The position numbers and the translations under genes are program-made. A stretch of 64,000 bases of DNA from Cyanobacteria bacterium P01_F01_bin.150 (GTDB taxonomy: Bacteria; Cyanobacteriota; Cyanobacteriia; CAKZMO01). Positions 10,669 through 20,659 of the stretch are shown here, piece by piece (within the stretch, counting starts at the first letter, position 1; each line of letters starts with the position of its first letter). The notes under the pieces were generated by a model, which was not told the DNA's origin, searched no databases, and saw only the letters and a list, made by a program, of their open reading frames with translations. The stretch covers positions 1-64,000 of the forward strand of contig JBCCYL010000007.1 in NCBI GenBank assembly GCA_039189765.1. Reading direction: 5' to 3'.

Positions 10669-10978
10669 AGGTTCCCCCCTCCTGTGTTTAAAATGGGGAC
10701 GACTTGTCGGTTAGACCATTTTGAACGCATCAGGTAAGAACGTAATACTCAAAGTCGCTAATCTGTAACAACAATCAAGTCAAGACTTCGCTAAAGGTAT
10801 ATACGTCTGAACTCTGCAAACAATCGATCTACCGCGCTTAACTTCTCATGGTAGGAAGGGTTTCTGGAAATCCCCTAAGAACTTTAGGTGAACTAAAGAA
10901 ATGAGTAATGCAAAGTCATATTGCAAAGACTTCTTGACCAAAAAGCAACGGCCTAAAACTTAAGCCAGGAAGGATTTA

Positions 10979-11015
10979 ACGAGAAGCTGGAGCGCAGAGC
11001 GCTTCGGCTTCTCGT
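10979..11015. repeat. Long inverted repeat (REP-like, possibly terminator for the epimerase)
   Basis: ACGAGAAGCTGGAGCGC-AGA-GCGCTTCGGCTTCTCGT, a 17-bp stem with G-U pairs. Confidence 0.6.
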
Positions 11016-11037
11016 CTTAAAATACAAGCCAACGTAA

Positions 11038-12030
11038 CTAGCTAAAGTAGTCTTTATACCAGCGAACAAATTGCTCAATGCCGGTTTCAATTGATGTGTT
11101 TGGAGAAAATCCAACATCAGCCATTAAATCCGCAACATCGGCATAGGTGGCCGGAACATCTCCAGGTTGCATTGGCTTCATAATCTTTTGGGCCTGCTTT
11201 CCCATTGCGGCTTCAATCACCTCAATGAACGTTAGAAGCTCTACTGGTTGGTGGTTGCCAATGTTATAGATTTTATAGGGTGCCTGGCTGTTGCCAGCGT
11301 TATCTGCTGTTACCCCAGCCTTGGGAGGATTGGATAAAACCCGAATCACGCCTTCCACAACGTCATCAATATAGGTAAAATCCCGCTTCATTTTGCCGTG
11401 ATTGTAGACGTCAATGGGGCGATCGTTGGCGATCGCATCGACAAACTTAAAATAGGCCATATCAGGTCGACCCCAAGGACCATAAACCGTAAAGAATCGT
11501 AAACCGGTTATGGGAATGCTGTAAAGATGACTATAGGAATGGGCCATTAGCTCATTGGCTTTTTTGGTGGCCGCATAAAGTGAGACGGGGTGATCAACAT
11601 TGTCAGAAACCGAAAAAGGAACCTTTCGATTCGCACCATAAACTGAACTGGAGGAAGCAAAAACAAGATGCTTGACTTTTTGATATCGGCACCCTTCCAA
11701 TATGTTTAGGAAACCAGATAAGTTGCTGTCAGAATAGGCAAACGGATTTTCTAGGGAATATCGTACCCCCGCCTGAGCCGCCAAGTGAATAACCGACTCA
11801 AACTCTTGGTGGGTAAACAGACGCTGCATAGCATCACGGTCAAAGATATCTATGGCCTCAAATTTAAAGTTTGCATCATCTTTAATCCGATGCAGACGAT
11901 CATATTTGAGCTGCACATCATAGTAGTCATTAAGGTTGTCAATGCCGTATACACTAACGCCGCTATTAAGTAAGCGCTTGGCGACAAAAGAACCAATAAA
12001 ACCAGCGGTCCCGGTCACTAATACAGTCAC
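11038..12030 (-). CDS. NAD-dependent epimerase (UDP-glucuronate 4-epimerase-like)
   Basis: TGTAGFIG, LAAQAGVRYS, YAATKKANE and RFFTVYGPWGRPDMA motifs; GTG start. Confidence 0.93.
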   Translation of the reverse strand: MTVLVTGTAGFIGSFVAKRLLNSGVSVYGIDNLNDYYDVQLKYDRLHRIKDDANFKFEAIDIFDRDAMQRLFTHQEFESVIHLAAQAGVRYSLENPFAYSDSNLSGFLNILEGCRYQKVKHLVFASSSSVYGANRKVPFSVSDNVDHPVSLYAATKKANELMAHSYSHLYSIPITGLRFFTVYGPWGRPDMAYFKFVDAIANDRPIDVYNHGKMKRDFTYIDDVVEGVIRVLSNPPKAGVTADNAGNSQAPYKIYNIGNHQPVELLTFIEVIEAAMGKQAQKIMKPMQPGDVPATYADVADLMADVGFSPNTSIETGIEQFVRWYKDYFS

Positions 12031-12189
12031 AGCTCACTCTCCCAACTCAGGTATAACGTCTGGAATATTAATCCCAAACGCTATATTTAACTAACGTTTT
12101 AGGATATTTGCTCCAGAATAGAAAGTCTTAGTTTGGCTATTCAACAATGTTGTGGAACATCGTGCAATGTCACTAATATCGGCGAATCT

Positions 12190-12222
12190 AGATGCCAGGG
12201 GTCTTTAAGAACTCTGGCATCT
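12190..12222. terminator. Hairpin downstream of the aminopeptidase gene (possible terminator)
   Basis: AGATGCCAGGG...CTCTGGCATCT inverted repeat with no strong U-tract. Confidence 0.4.
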
Positions 12223-12333
12223 GGGCCACCCGATTTGTTTAAGTCAGTGCCATTGGGACATAGCGTGTTTCACAATACTATTGAATAGGGACAAAGCAAT
12301 CAGATTAGATTTGACCTTGGCTAATTCTACTAC

Positions 12334-15105
12334 CTATGACTTAGAACCCTTTGATTTAGACGCCTTTGATTTAGATTCTTTTGATTTTCCCTTTTTAGCT
12401 TTAGCTTCCAAGGTCTCTAGTCGGCTGCGGAGGTCTTGATTGTCTTTTTTAAGCTGATCAAATTCGGACTGGAGTTTTTTCACTGATTGATTAGAGCCTA
12501 CAGTCTGCCGAACTTTTTGAATGGCTTCTTCTGCTCGTCGGCGCACCCGCCCATCAGGAGTCTGGTCTGCCAAAGATTGCAAAATTCCAATTGCTTTCAT
12601 CGTCTCCATCCGTCCCAAAGCCATCACGGTCGCTACCTGGGTTAAAAAGAAAGTTTCTGCTGACAGCTCCTCTAAGCGATTCAAAATACGGTCTAAATTA
12701 ACCGCAGATTGGCCCGATGCGATCGCCCCCAATGCCCGGATCGAAGACAATCTCAGAGCTTGAGGTGTTCCAATTGCCGTATACTGGAGGACTAAATCTA
12801 GGGCAGCATCCGACGTTTTAAGTTTGCTAAGACCCATAATTGCACCGCTGCGGACCACCTCATTCCAGCCTTGCCGATCTTCTAGCACTGATTTCAGGAG
12901 CTTGATGATTTTTTGCTCATTCTCATCGGATTCGTGAATAATAGTAGCGGCGATCGCGGCTAGGTTTTGAATCGCAGCGGACTCAACCAGATAGCTGGCA
13001 TCACCCTTTTCCGCAATGGGCTTAAGCGCCTTATAGCTCTCTTTTGTTTTCATTAGCCCCAAAGCATTTACCACTGCTCGCCGCACCCGAGCATCTGAAT
13101 CTTTGAGACCCGGTAGCAAGGCTGCAAATGCCTGATCTAACTTCATGGTCCCTAATTTTCTGGCCACCTCAAAACGCACTGCCCAGAACCCGTCAGTCGT
13201 TAGCGATTCACCAAGGGCTTTAACAGCTTCTAGCCCTCCTTTTTTCGCAATGGCGGCGATCGCATAAATCCGAGCAAGGGGATCTGGATCATGCTTTAGC
13301 TGGGCTTTGAGTTCGATCAGCGGATACTCTAACGATACGGTCTTGAGATAGTGATTGCCTACATCAAAACTAATAAAGCTGGGCTTTTTCTCCAATGGGA
13401 AATATAGGGTTTGTTGTCGTTGGTGAATCTGCACGGTAAACGTTTGGATGTCAACATTCGTCTGCTTAGACTTACCCTTTGATTCGCTAACAAAGCCAAA
13501 CCCGATCGGAATTTTCAAATCAAACAGATCACTATTGGCAGACTCATCATCTTTCCTTGCCTGGGTTTGGGTAATCGTCACTTTGGCTAGGTTGCTGTCT
13601 CCATCCCACGCATAGGCCACTTTATAATCGGGATAGCCGCCCCTTAAAACGTACTGGTCGAATAAAAATTGCAGATTGCGGCCCGTTGCTTTGTCAATCG
13701 CCCGCAATAAATCAATCGTTTCTACGGTTTGATGGGCATTGTCTTGTACAAACGTATGCATTGCCTTCTCAAACAGTTCGTCACCCAGTGCTGCTCGGAT
13801 CATGTGATATACACAGGCCCCTTTTTCATAGATGTGGCGATCGTAAAGTTCAATGGCCTCCCGATAGATATGGGTAACCATAGGCCGACGATAGCGGGAC
13901 TGATCTTCGTTGATATAGCTGCGGGCCTCATTGAGACGATAGTAGGCTGCATCATCTGGACCATATTCCTGTTCTGTCCACATGACTTCTGAATACGATG
14001 CCATCCCCTCTTTGACCCAGGCATGCGACCAGTGCTTAATCACCACCAAATCGCCAAACCATTGATGGGCTAATTCATGTACTACTAGACTTTCAGAACT
14101 ACGGTTATCTAGCGTAGCCCGTTCATCAAGCAAACACCGATCCGTCAATAAAGTCACAGAGGTATTTTCCATCCCCCCAAAAATAAAGTCATCTACGCAT
14201 ACCTGAGCGTATTTGGGAAATGGATAGGGGTAGCCATAGGCAGCGCTGAGAAATTCTATCATTCGCGGAGTCTTACCCATGGTGCGCTGAGCATCATCCT
14301 TACGGCGTTTCTCGACGTAATAGGTTACGGGTTTGCCACACCACTCATCACGGATTTCAGTAAAATCTCCTACGGCCAAAGCCATCAAATAAGAAGGGTG
14401 AACCTCCTTTTGGTGCCAGTGATAAATTTTGGTATCACCTTCTTCTTTAACGTTTACTAGTTCTCCATTAGAAATAGCCATTAGATCTTTGGGAACTCGC
14501 ACCTTTACTTCGGAAGACGCGAGCTGACCGGGGTAGTCAAAACATGGAAACCAGTAGCGAGAATCTTCATCCTCTCCCTGAGTCCATACTTGAACTGGCT
14601 TGTCAGGATAGTCCTTATCAGGGCTAATAAAGTAAATGCCCCGTTGGGGATGGTCTACATGGTAAGCGATCGCCACAGTTATGGCTTTTCCCACTACTGT
14701 TGGTTTACTGAGATGGATTTGAAGCTGCTCTCCATCATAGTCAAAGCCCTGCTTAGAGCGACCAATCTTGACGCTATCAATCGCCAAATCCACTGCATCC
14801 AGTGTCAGCGATTTGATGTCACTACGGACTGGAGTGATGGTAATACTACAGGTACCGCCGTAGCATTGATTAGAAATATCTAAATCGAGGTCCAAGAGAA
14901 TATGGTTCACTTGGCCGGGCCGATCGGGATTGTAATGGGGGCGTGCTCCTGGCAGTTCAAATGCGCGTCGATCACTTTTACCAGTATCGCTACTCAAATA
15001 GCTGTGATGACCGCCATGATAATAACGGGCAATTCTTTCAAAGCCGCTATCGCTTTCATGCTCTAAGAAACTGCACGTAAACTCATTAAATTCATGTTGC
15101 AACAT
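12334..15105 (-). CDS. pepN: M1-family zinc aminopeptidase with C-terminal HEAT/PBS-lyase repeats
   Basis: GGMEN and HELAHQWFG-x-E zinc motif, HEAT repeats, coiled-coil and Lys/Ser tail. Start uncertain (ATG 15105 chosen; the ORF extends to 15171). Confidence 0.9.
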   Translation of the reverse strand: MLQHEFNEFTCSFLEHESDSGFERIARYYHGGHHSYLSSDTGKSDRRAFELPGARPHYNPDRPGQVNHILLDLDLDISNQCYGGTCSITITPVRSDIKSLTLDAVDLAIDSVKIGRSKQGFDYDGEQLQIHLSKPTVVGKAITVAIAYHVDHPQRGIYFISPDKDYPDKPVQVWTQGEDEDSRYWFPCFDYPGQLASSEVKVRVPKDLMAISNGELVNVKEEGDTKIYHWHQKEVHPSYLMALAVGDFTEIRDEWCGKPVTYYVEKRRKDDAQRTMGKTPRMIEFLSAAYGYPYPFPKYAQVCVDDFIFGGMENTSVTLLTDRCLLDERATLDNRSSESLVVHELAHQWFGDLVVIKHWSHAWVKEGMASYSEVMWTEQEYGPDDAAYYRLNEARSYINEDQSRYRRPMVTHIYREAIELYDRHIYEKGACVYHMIRAALGDELFEKAMHTFVQDNAHQTVETIDLLRAIDKATGRNLQFLFDQYVLRGGYPDYKVAYAWDGDSNLAKVTITQTQARKDDESANSDLFDLKIPIGFGFVSESKGKSKQTNVDIQTFTVQIHQRQQTLYFPLEKKPSFISFDVGNHYLKTVSLEYPLIELKAQLKHDPDPLARIYAIAAIAKKGGLEAVKALGESLTTDGFWAVRFEVARKLGTMKLDQAFAALLPGLKDSDARVRRAVVNALGLMKTKESYKALKPIAEKGDASYLVESAAIQNLAAIAATIIHESDENEQKIIKLLKSVLEDRQGWNEVVRSGAIMGLSKLKTSDAALDLVLQYTAIGTPQALRLSSIRALGAIASGQSAVNLDRILNRLEELSAETFFLTQVATVMALGRMETMKAIGILQSLADQTPDGRVRRRAEEAIQKVRQTVGSNQSVKKLQSEFDQLKKDNQDLRSRLETLEAKAKKGKSKESKSKASKSKGSKS

Positions 15106-15515
15106 GGAATCCCATATCCTAATCAGAAACACAGATGAATGGCAAAATTCTAATCTTTGAGGGGACAGCACGGACTAGAGCACTGGACAATTGAACTCTC
15201 TATACGTTGTCTGGATTACACACAATCAAACGAGCGCCCCAGCTCAACCAAATGGCTTTGAAGATTTCTAATTTGGCCATAACCATAGCATACGAAATAT
15301 TAGCGCAATCACCACCTGTAGCAAATAGAGAATTATTCCACATGGGATATTTTTGATAGATTGGGGAACTCTATGGAATATCTTACGCCTGTAGATTGAG
15401 CCTAACTGCCACCTTGTATCCATCCTCGCCATTAATTAACTTTTAGGATGAAAAAATTTGTGTGCAGTTTATTCATGGCCCAACAATTATTATTCTTTCT
15501 ACTCTGAAGAATAGA

Positions 15516-15599
15516 AATGGGTATCAACTTTAGGCGGATGGTGTGAGTGCTTCGCGCCCACACCATCGTTAATCCCGTTTCGTCTTAAAACGAAACCCC
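15516..15599 (+). repeat. ~84-bp hairpin repeat element, copy upstream of the diguanylate cyclase
   Basis: AATGGGTATCAACTTTAGG-CG-GATGGTGTG...CACACCATC-GTT...CTTAAAACGAAACCCC; direct repeat of 16717-16800. Confidence 0.85.
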
Positions 15600-15670
15600 A
15601 GAAATGAGGGTTTTGATTGAAAATCGACAAGAGTTGGATGAGACGCCCCAAACTTTTAAGGTGAGCTGCA

Positions 15671-16693
15671 ATGACTTTGGAAATAGTAAGCCATTCAAAT
15701 GCTAACAATAAACCTTTTATCCTCATCGCTGATGACGATGTCACGATGTCGCTGATACTATCAAAGTTCTGGCAGAAAGAGGGATGTCGTTCTATCTCTG
15801 TTCATGATGGCAAGGATGTTTTAGAGGCATGTGAAAAGGAATTACCAGACATTATTTTGATGGATGCCATCATGCCAGAAATGGATGGCTTTTCTTGCTG
15901 TGAAATGCTCCAAGAAAAATATACGATTCATTGTCCGCCTATTTTGATAACGACGGGCCTGAACGATAGTGAATCCGTTGATCATGCCTTTGAGGTAGGA
16001 GCAACAGATTATGTCACTAAACCGTTTCATTGGGCAGTCCTCAGGCAACGCGTACTTCGAATGTTTCAAGCCCATCAGGATCACCGGCAACTTCAGCAAG
16101 CCTTGGCCAAGGAACGGACCCTTTATCAAGAACTCAAGTTGGCCAATAAAGAACTTGAACGTCTTGCAACTTTTGATGGTCTGACGGATCTGGCTAATCG
16201 TCGGATCTTTGATGAACGTTTGGAGACTGAATGGAAACGATTGCGAAGAGAACAAGCTAAGTTAAGCCTTGTACTGGTGGATATTGACTACTTCAAAGTC
16301 TATAACGACACCTATGGGCACTTGGCGGGCGATCAGTGTCTGTATGAAGTTGCTCAAATTATTAGAAACTTAATTCGTCGGCCCGCAGATTTAGCGGCAC
16401 GTTATGGTGGCGAGGAATTTGCTCTGATTTTACCCAATACCCATGAAATCGGAGCCATATTTCTGGCAGAGCGGTTACGCCAGATCCTACAGGAAAAAGC
16501 ATTGGTACATATTGCCTCAACAGTCAAGCCTTGGGTTACTGTCAGTGTTGGTGTGTCGACCATGATTCCTACCCATGAGCCTCCCAGCACTATTATTCAC
16601 AGAGCAGACAGTGCGCTGTATCTTGCTAAGGCTCAAGGGCGTGATTGCGTTGTTGCAGATAACCAGCAACATAGCTTAGTATCTTCGCACTGA
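15671..16693 (+). CDS. PleD-family response regulator / diguanylate cyclase (REC-GGDEF)
   Basis: REC domain (ADDD, DIILMD, KP), coiled-coil linker, GGEEF active site and RPAD I-site. Confidence 0.93.
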   Translation: MTLEIVSHSNANNKPFILIADDDVTMSLILSKFWQKEGCRSISVHDGKDVLEACEKELPDIILMDAIMPEMDGFSCCEMLQEKYTIHCPPILITTGLNDSESVDHAFEVGATDYVTKPFHWAVLRQRVLRMFQAHQDHRQLQQALAKERTLYQELKLANKELERLATFDGLTDLANRRIFDERLETEWKRLRREQAKLSLVLVDIDYFKVYNDTYGHLAGDQCLYEVAQIIRNLIRRPADLAARYGGEEFALILPNTHEIGAIFLAERLRQILQEKALVHIASTVKPWVTVSVGVSTMIPTHEPPSTIIHRADSALYLAKAQGRDCVVADNQQHSLVSSH

Positions 16694-16716
16694 TTCCTAC
16701 TTTAATGTAGACGGTC

Positions 16717-16800
16717 AATGGATATCAACTTTAGGTGGGTGGTGTGGGCGCGTCGCGTGCACACCACCGTTCATTTGGTTTTGCCTTAAAACGAAACCCC
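16717..16800 (+). repeat. ~84-bp hairpin repeat element, copy downstream of the diguanylate cyclase
   Basis: AATGGATATCAACTTTAGG-TG-GGTGGTGTG...CACACCACC-GTT...CTTAAAACGAAACCCC. Confidence 0.85.
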
Positions 16801-16892
16801 GGTCAACGACCAAAAAAGCCTAATATTAAAGTATAGAATTTTCTGATTGTCTCCCAAACTTTTTTCTATACTGAACTACTTGCGCATAAATA

Positions 16893-17720
16893 ATGGAATT
16901 GGCACTCGACCAGCTATCTTTTATACTTTTCTCCTCTCTGGGCATCACCACAGGCATCATTGCAGGTTTACTAGGCATTGGTGGTGGTATGATTATCGTC
17001 CCTGGGCTGTTTTATATTTTCATTCATCTCCACCTCCCCGATGAAACCTTAATGCATATGGCAGCGGGAACATCCATGTGCATCATGATTGCAACCTCTC
17101 TCTCGTCCACCCTGGCCCATCAATCTAGGGGAAACATTAAATGGTCTGTATTTCGCAGCGTTATTGCAGGCATAGGAATTGGCGTATTTTCGGGTAATCT
17201 TCTGGCTAATCGATTGGATTCTAATGTTTTAGAGCTTTTGTTTAGTCTGCTGTTGCTGAGTGTGTCCCTCAAAATTCTGGCGGGCTGGAAGCCAGATAAG
17301 GGAGAAGAGAAAGAGCCTAATGCTTTGATGACCAATAGCGTAGGGTTAGCTATTGGGTTCAAATCAGGAGTGTTTGGTGTAGGTGGTGGAGCGTTAAGCG
17401 TACCGTTCTTGATCTATTGCGGTCTCCCAATGAATAAAGTCAGTGGAACCTCAGCTTCCTTTACTCTACCTATTGCTATTATGGGAACTGCTGCGTTCTT
17501 ATTTCTTGCGCCTCATTACGACAGCATTCCCTGGTCTACTGGATATGTTTACTGGCCTGCTTTTCTGCTAGTGGCTCCATTCACTATGATTGGTGCCCCA
17601 GTTGGCGCAAAATTGTCTACTATTATGCCCAAAGAAGTCTTAAGGATGATTTTCGCTATTTTGCTGCTCTTTTTGAGCGTAAAAATGTTTAGCAGCACAG
17701 AATTTTGGCCATTTGCTTAG
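16893..17720 (+). CDS. Sulfite exporter TauE/SafE family membrane protein
   Basis: Duplicated 'GLLGIGGG..VP' / 'GVFGVGGG..VP' motifs and about 8 TM segments. Confidence 0.9.
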   Translation: MELALDQLSFILFSSLGITTGIIAGLLGIGGGMIIVPGLFYIFIHLHLPDETLMHMAAGTSMCIMIATSLSSTLAHQSRGNIKWSVFRSVIAGIGIGVFSGNLLANRLDSNVLELLFSLLLLSVSLKILAGWKPDKGEEKEPNALMTNSVGLAIGFKSGVFGVGGGALSVPFLIYCGLPMNKVSGTSASFTLPIAIMGTAAFLFLAPHYDSIPWSTGYVYWPAFLLVAPFTMIGAPVGAKLSTIMPKEVLRMIFAILLLFLSVKMFSSTEFWPFA

Positions 17721-17813
17721 GGGCTTAATAGAAAAGTGTAATCGGTAGCTTTAGGACCCTATTTCTCCAATACTTGCTTAAAATCCATATCTACATGACT
17801 TGGCAAAGTTCAT

Positions 17814-17859
17814 AAGTGAATGTTTGGGGCGCACAACGCGCGTTCCAAACATTTACTTT
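17814..17859. repeat. Long inverted repeat (REP-like/terminator)
   Basis: AAGTGAATGTTTGGGGCGC-ACAAC-GCGCGTTCCAAACATTTACTT. Confidence 0.6.
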
Positions 17860-18223
17860 TAGGCAACTAACTTGAGAAGTCTGCGAAGGCGTGTACCTCA
17901 AAACTTAAACTTACAGCGTTTTGAATTGTGGGTTACGGTGTTTATCTGCATCAACTACTGTTTAAATTTAATGTATAAAAAAAATATTTTATTTTATCTA
18001 TTAAGTATTGTTGTCTATTTCCGGAAAAGAGAAACAAGAGGATCTAATTTTTTTCTTAAATAGAAATGGTGCTTAAATCCTGGATAAATAGAGGTTTTTA
18101 CATGTAATCTCTGATTTTTAAGCAGGCTAAATCCAGCTTTTAGTTTTTTTGGACATAAACACTCAAGTGGCTTGAATGTGATAAATGGCACATTTAATCT
18201 GTGAACTTACTTAAAAAGCAGTT

Positions 18224-19063
18224 ATGCCACTTGATCGTGCTGGAAATACTTTTAGCCAAGCCCGCAGTCTAGGGATCTCATCTGGGAAAAAAGTCTTTCG
18301 AGACCGAATTGATCAGGGCGATCGCAAGGACTTTTATACCTTTACCCTCACTAAAAGCAGCAATGTCAGACTCCGGTTAAATAAACTTAAGGGCAATCTG
18401 GACTTAAACCTGTTTGATGCTCAAGGTAACCTCATTGCTAAGTCACGCAAGAAAAAAAATAAGGCTGAAAAAATAAAGCAAAAACTAGAGGTCGGAACCT
18501 ATTACATTCAGGTCAAGCGTAAAGGCGGCAACTCTGCCTACAAGCTCAAGACTGTGTTGCGTGAAGCGTCCGCAGGAGGATCTCTTGACCCAATAATTCC
18601 GACAGTCGATCCAAAAGACACTGACGAAGAGTCAGAAGAAACAAAGGCACAGCGAACAGCCTTTATCAATGAAGTCCTAGAGTTGACAAATGTGGAACGC
18701 CGTAACAAAGGGCTGTCTGGGTTGACTCTCAATCAGCGCTTGAATAGTGCCGCCCAAACCCAAAGTAAGGGTTTAGCCGAAGGCGATGTCTTTTCCCATA
18801 CTTCTGGTCCTACAGGGACATTGGCGGAGCGTCTTCAAGATAAAGGCTACGACTATGCAGCTGCGGGGGAAAATATTGCTGCGGGGCAGTCATCTGCCAA
18901 ACAGGTAGTGCGTGAATGGATGGAGAGTCCTAGTCACCGTAAAAATATTCTCGATCCTGACTTTACTGAGTTAGGGGTCGGCTATTTTTTCCTCGAAAAT
19001 GATACCGGAAACATTAATTACAATCATTACTGGACTCAAAACTTTGGTACGCCAATGGATTAG
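18224..19063 (+). CDS. PPC (pre-peptidase C-terminal) + CAP/SCP domain protein
   Basis: N-terminal 'DRAGNT...D..DFYTFTL...GTYYIQV' PPC domain; C-terminal CAP domain 'VLELTNVER...GENIAAG...WMESPSHRKNIL...YWTQNFG'. Confidence 0.88.
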   Translation: MPLDRAGNTFSQARSLGISSGKKVFRDRIDQGDRKDFYTFTLTKSSNVRLRLNKLKGNLDLNLFDAQGNLIAKSRKKKNKAEKIKQKLEVGTYYIQVKRKGGNSAYKLKTVLREASAGGSLDPIIPTVDPKDTDEESEETKAQRTAFINEVLELTNVERRNKGLSGLTLNQRLNSAAQTQSKGLAEGDVFSHTSGPTGTLAERLQDKGYDYAAAGENIAAGQSSAKQVVREWMESPSHRKNILDPDFTELGVGYFFLENDTGNINYNHYWTQNFGTPMD

Positions 19064-19112
19064 TGGTTAAGAACTGGATCGTTTTGGCCCATTGTTTACA
19101 TGCTATTACAGC

Positions 19113-20498
19113 TTACCGAACGGAAAATGCATCGCTAAAGCGTCGTGTGATAGGCTCAGTCAAAAATGTTAGGACTGTTTTTTGGCGGGTCACAATATCT
19201 CCGGTGGCTGCCATTCCTGGAACTAGCTGGACTTCCTCACCTTTAAGGGGCATCGTCGCGCGTGTTAGCTGAATCCGAGCAGAAAAAACGGGACCCAGTT
19301 GCTCATCCACTGTGGCATTAGGACTAATTTGTACAACTTCACCATCAATGGTGCCAAATTCCTGGAAAGGAAACGTAGCGATTTTTACTTTAGCTTGCAT
19401 TCCCGTTTGAATAAATCCAATGTCGCGGTTGAGAATTTTTACTTCCAGTAGCAAATCCCCATCATTGGGCAAGATAGACAAAAGTTCTTCCCCTGGCTCA
19501 ATGGTGCGTTCGCCCAACGTTGCCTGGAGATTGTAAATCCGGCCAGAAATAGGTGCCGTAATCGTTTGCCCTTCCGCTCGCACATTGGCCTGCTTTAATT
19601 GCCCTTGTACGTTTACTAATTCTTCTTGACGTTGATTGAGCTGGGTCAGAATTTCGGTACGGCGGGATGAGGCAAGGCGATCGCCCTCCTGTTGCGCTGC
19701 ATCATAGGCGCGCTCGGCTTGACGAACGCTTTGTTGTTGTACGTCTATTTCCTGTTCTAGAGACGCAACTCGGTCTTGGGCTTCGGTAAGCTGGTCTTGG
19801 GCCGTGAGATAGTCCAATTGGGGAATGGCCCCATCCAGGAGCGATCGCAGTCGCTCTTCCCGTTCTTGAGCAGTGCCCAGAAGCTGGCGAGCGTTGGCTA
19901 AATTCGCTTTAGTTCGAGCCAGCCGTGCTTGCGATTCTTCAATCGCTGCGCCTAAGCGCTCTACTTCCGCAGTCGCTGATGCTTGGCGGGTATCAAACTC
20001 TTGAAGACGGGCACTAATCAGTTGATCTTGCAACCCGATCCCTGTGCTACCGCTGCCATTGAGTTCTGTCGTCAGGCGATCGATGTCTTGTTGAATCAGA
20101 TCGGATGCCTCTTGTAGCCGTTCTACTTCGGCATTTGATAATGCAGGATCCTGAATAATCAGAATTTCCCCTTGCTGTACGTCTTGACCCTCTTCTACCA
20201 ATATTTGGCTAATAACCCCACCTTCTAACGCGCGGACTGGCCGAACTTGTGTAGAAGGAATCAGCTCTCCAGACGTGACCGCTACCTCATCAATTTTGCT
20301 GAAGTAAGCCCAAGCCACTGCTCCGAAAACTAAAAAACTAAGACTCACTGCTAGTAGTCGAGTGTAGAGCGGTGGCAACTGACGCACAGCTTTAGCTAGT
20401 TCATAGGAGAGGTAGTCTTCAGGGTTAACAAATTGCTGGCGGGTTTGCCGGACTTGGGCTGGGGCTGTATTAGAAGCGGAATCTGGAGAAGACGTCAT
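19113..20498 (-). CDS. HlyD-family type I secretion periplasmic adaptor
   Basis: N-terminal TM, 'V.EGQ.V..GE.L' lipoyl half-motif, long coiled coil, 'ITAPISG', 'FPFQEFGTIDGEV' and 'PGMAATGDI'. Confidence 0.92.
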   Translation of the reverse strand: MTSSPDSASNTAPAQVRQTRQQFVNPEDYLSYELAKAVRQLPPLYTRLLAVSLSFLVFGAVAWAYFSKIDEVAVTSGELIPSTQVRPVRALEGGVISQILVEEGQDVQQGEILIIQDPALSNAEVERLQEASDLIQQDIDRLTTELNGSGSTGIGLQDQLISARLQEFDTRQASATAEVERLGAAIEESQARLARTKANLANARQLLGTAQEREERLRSLLDGAIPQLDYLTAQDQLTEAQDRVASLEQEIDVQQQSVRQAERAYDAAQQEGDRLASSRRTEILTQLNQRQEELVNVQGQLKQANVRAEGQTITAPISGRIYNLQATLGERTIEPGEELLSILPNDGDLLLEVKILNRDIGFIQTGMQAKVKIATFPFQEFGTIDGEVVQISPNATVDEQLGPVFSARIQLTRATMPLKGEEVQLVPGMAATGDIVTRQKTVLTFLTEPITRRFSDAFSVR

Positions 20499-20659
20499 AA
20501 TCGTAGGTGGGCATCCAAGAGTGCATTCTTCATAATGCCCAGATTACTGGGGAAAGCATGGCTTTGTTGATAAAGTTTGGGATCGGTCTTAGGGTACGCA
20601 GCCGCCAAATGAGTGACCAATGCGCACAAAAGGTGAAGGCGATCGCATCGCATATCCCC

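Noticed and set aside
15499..15744. 81-aa minus-strand ORF
   Set aside because: Overlaps the repeat element and the antisense of the diguanylate cyclase start; no recognisable motif.
18020..18025. TCCGGA upstream of the PPC-CAP gene
   Set aside because: No GTA at the N17/18 spacing on either strand; a lone hexamer is expected by chance.
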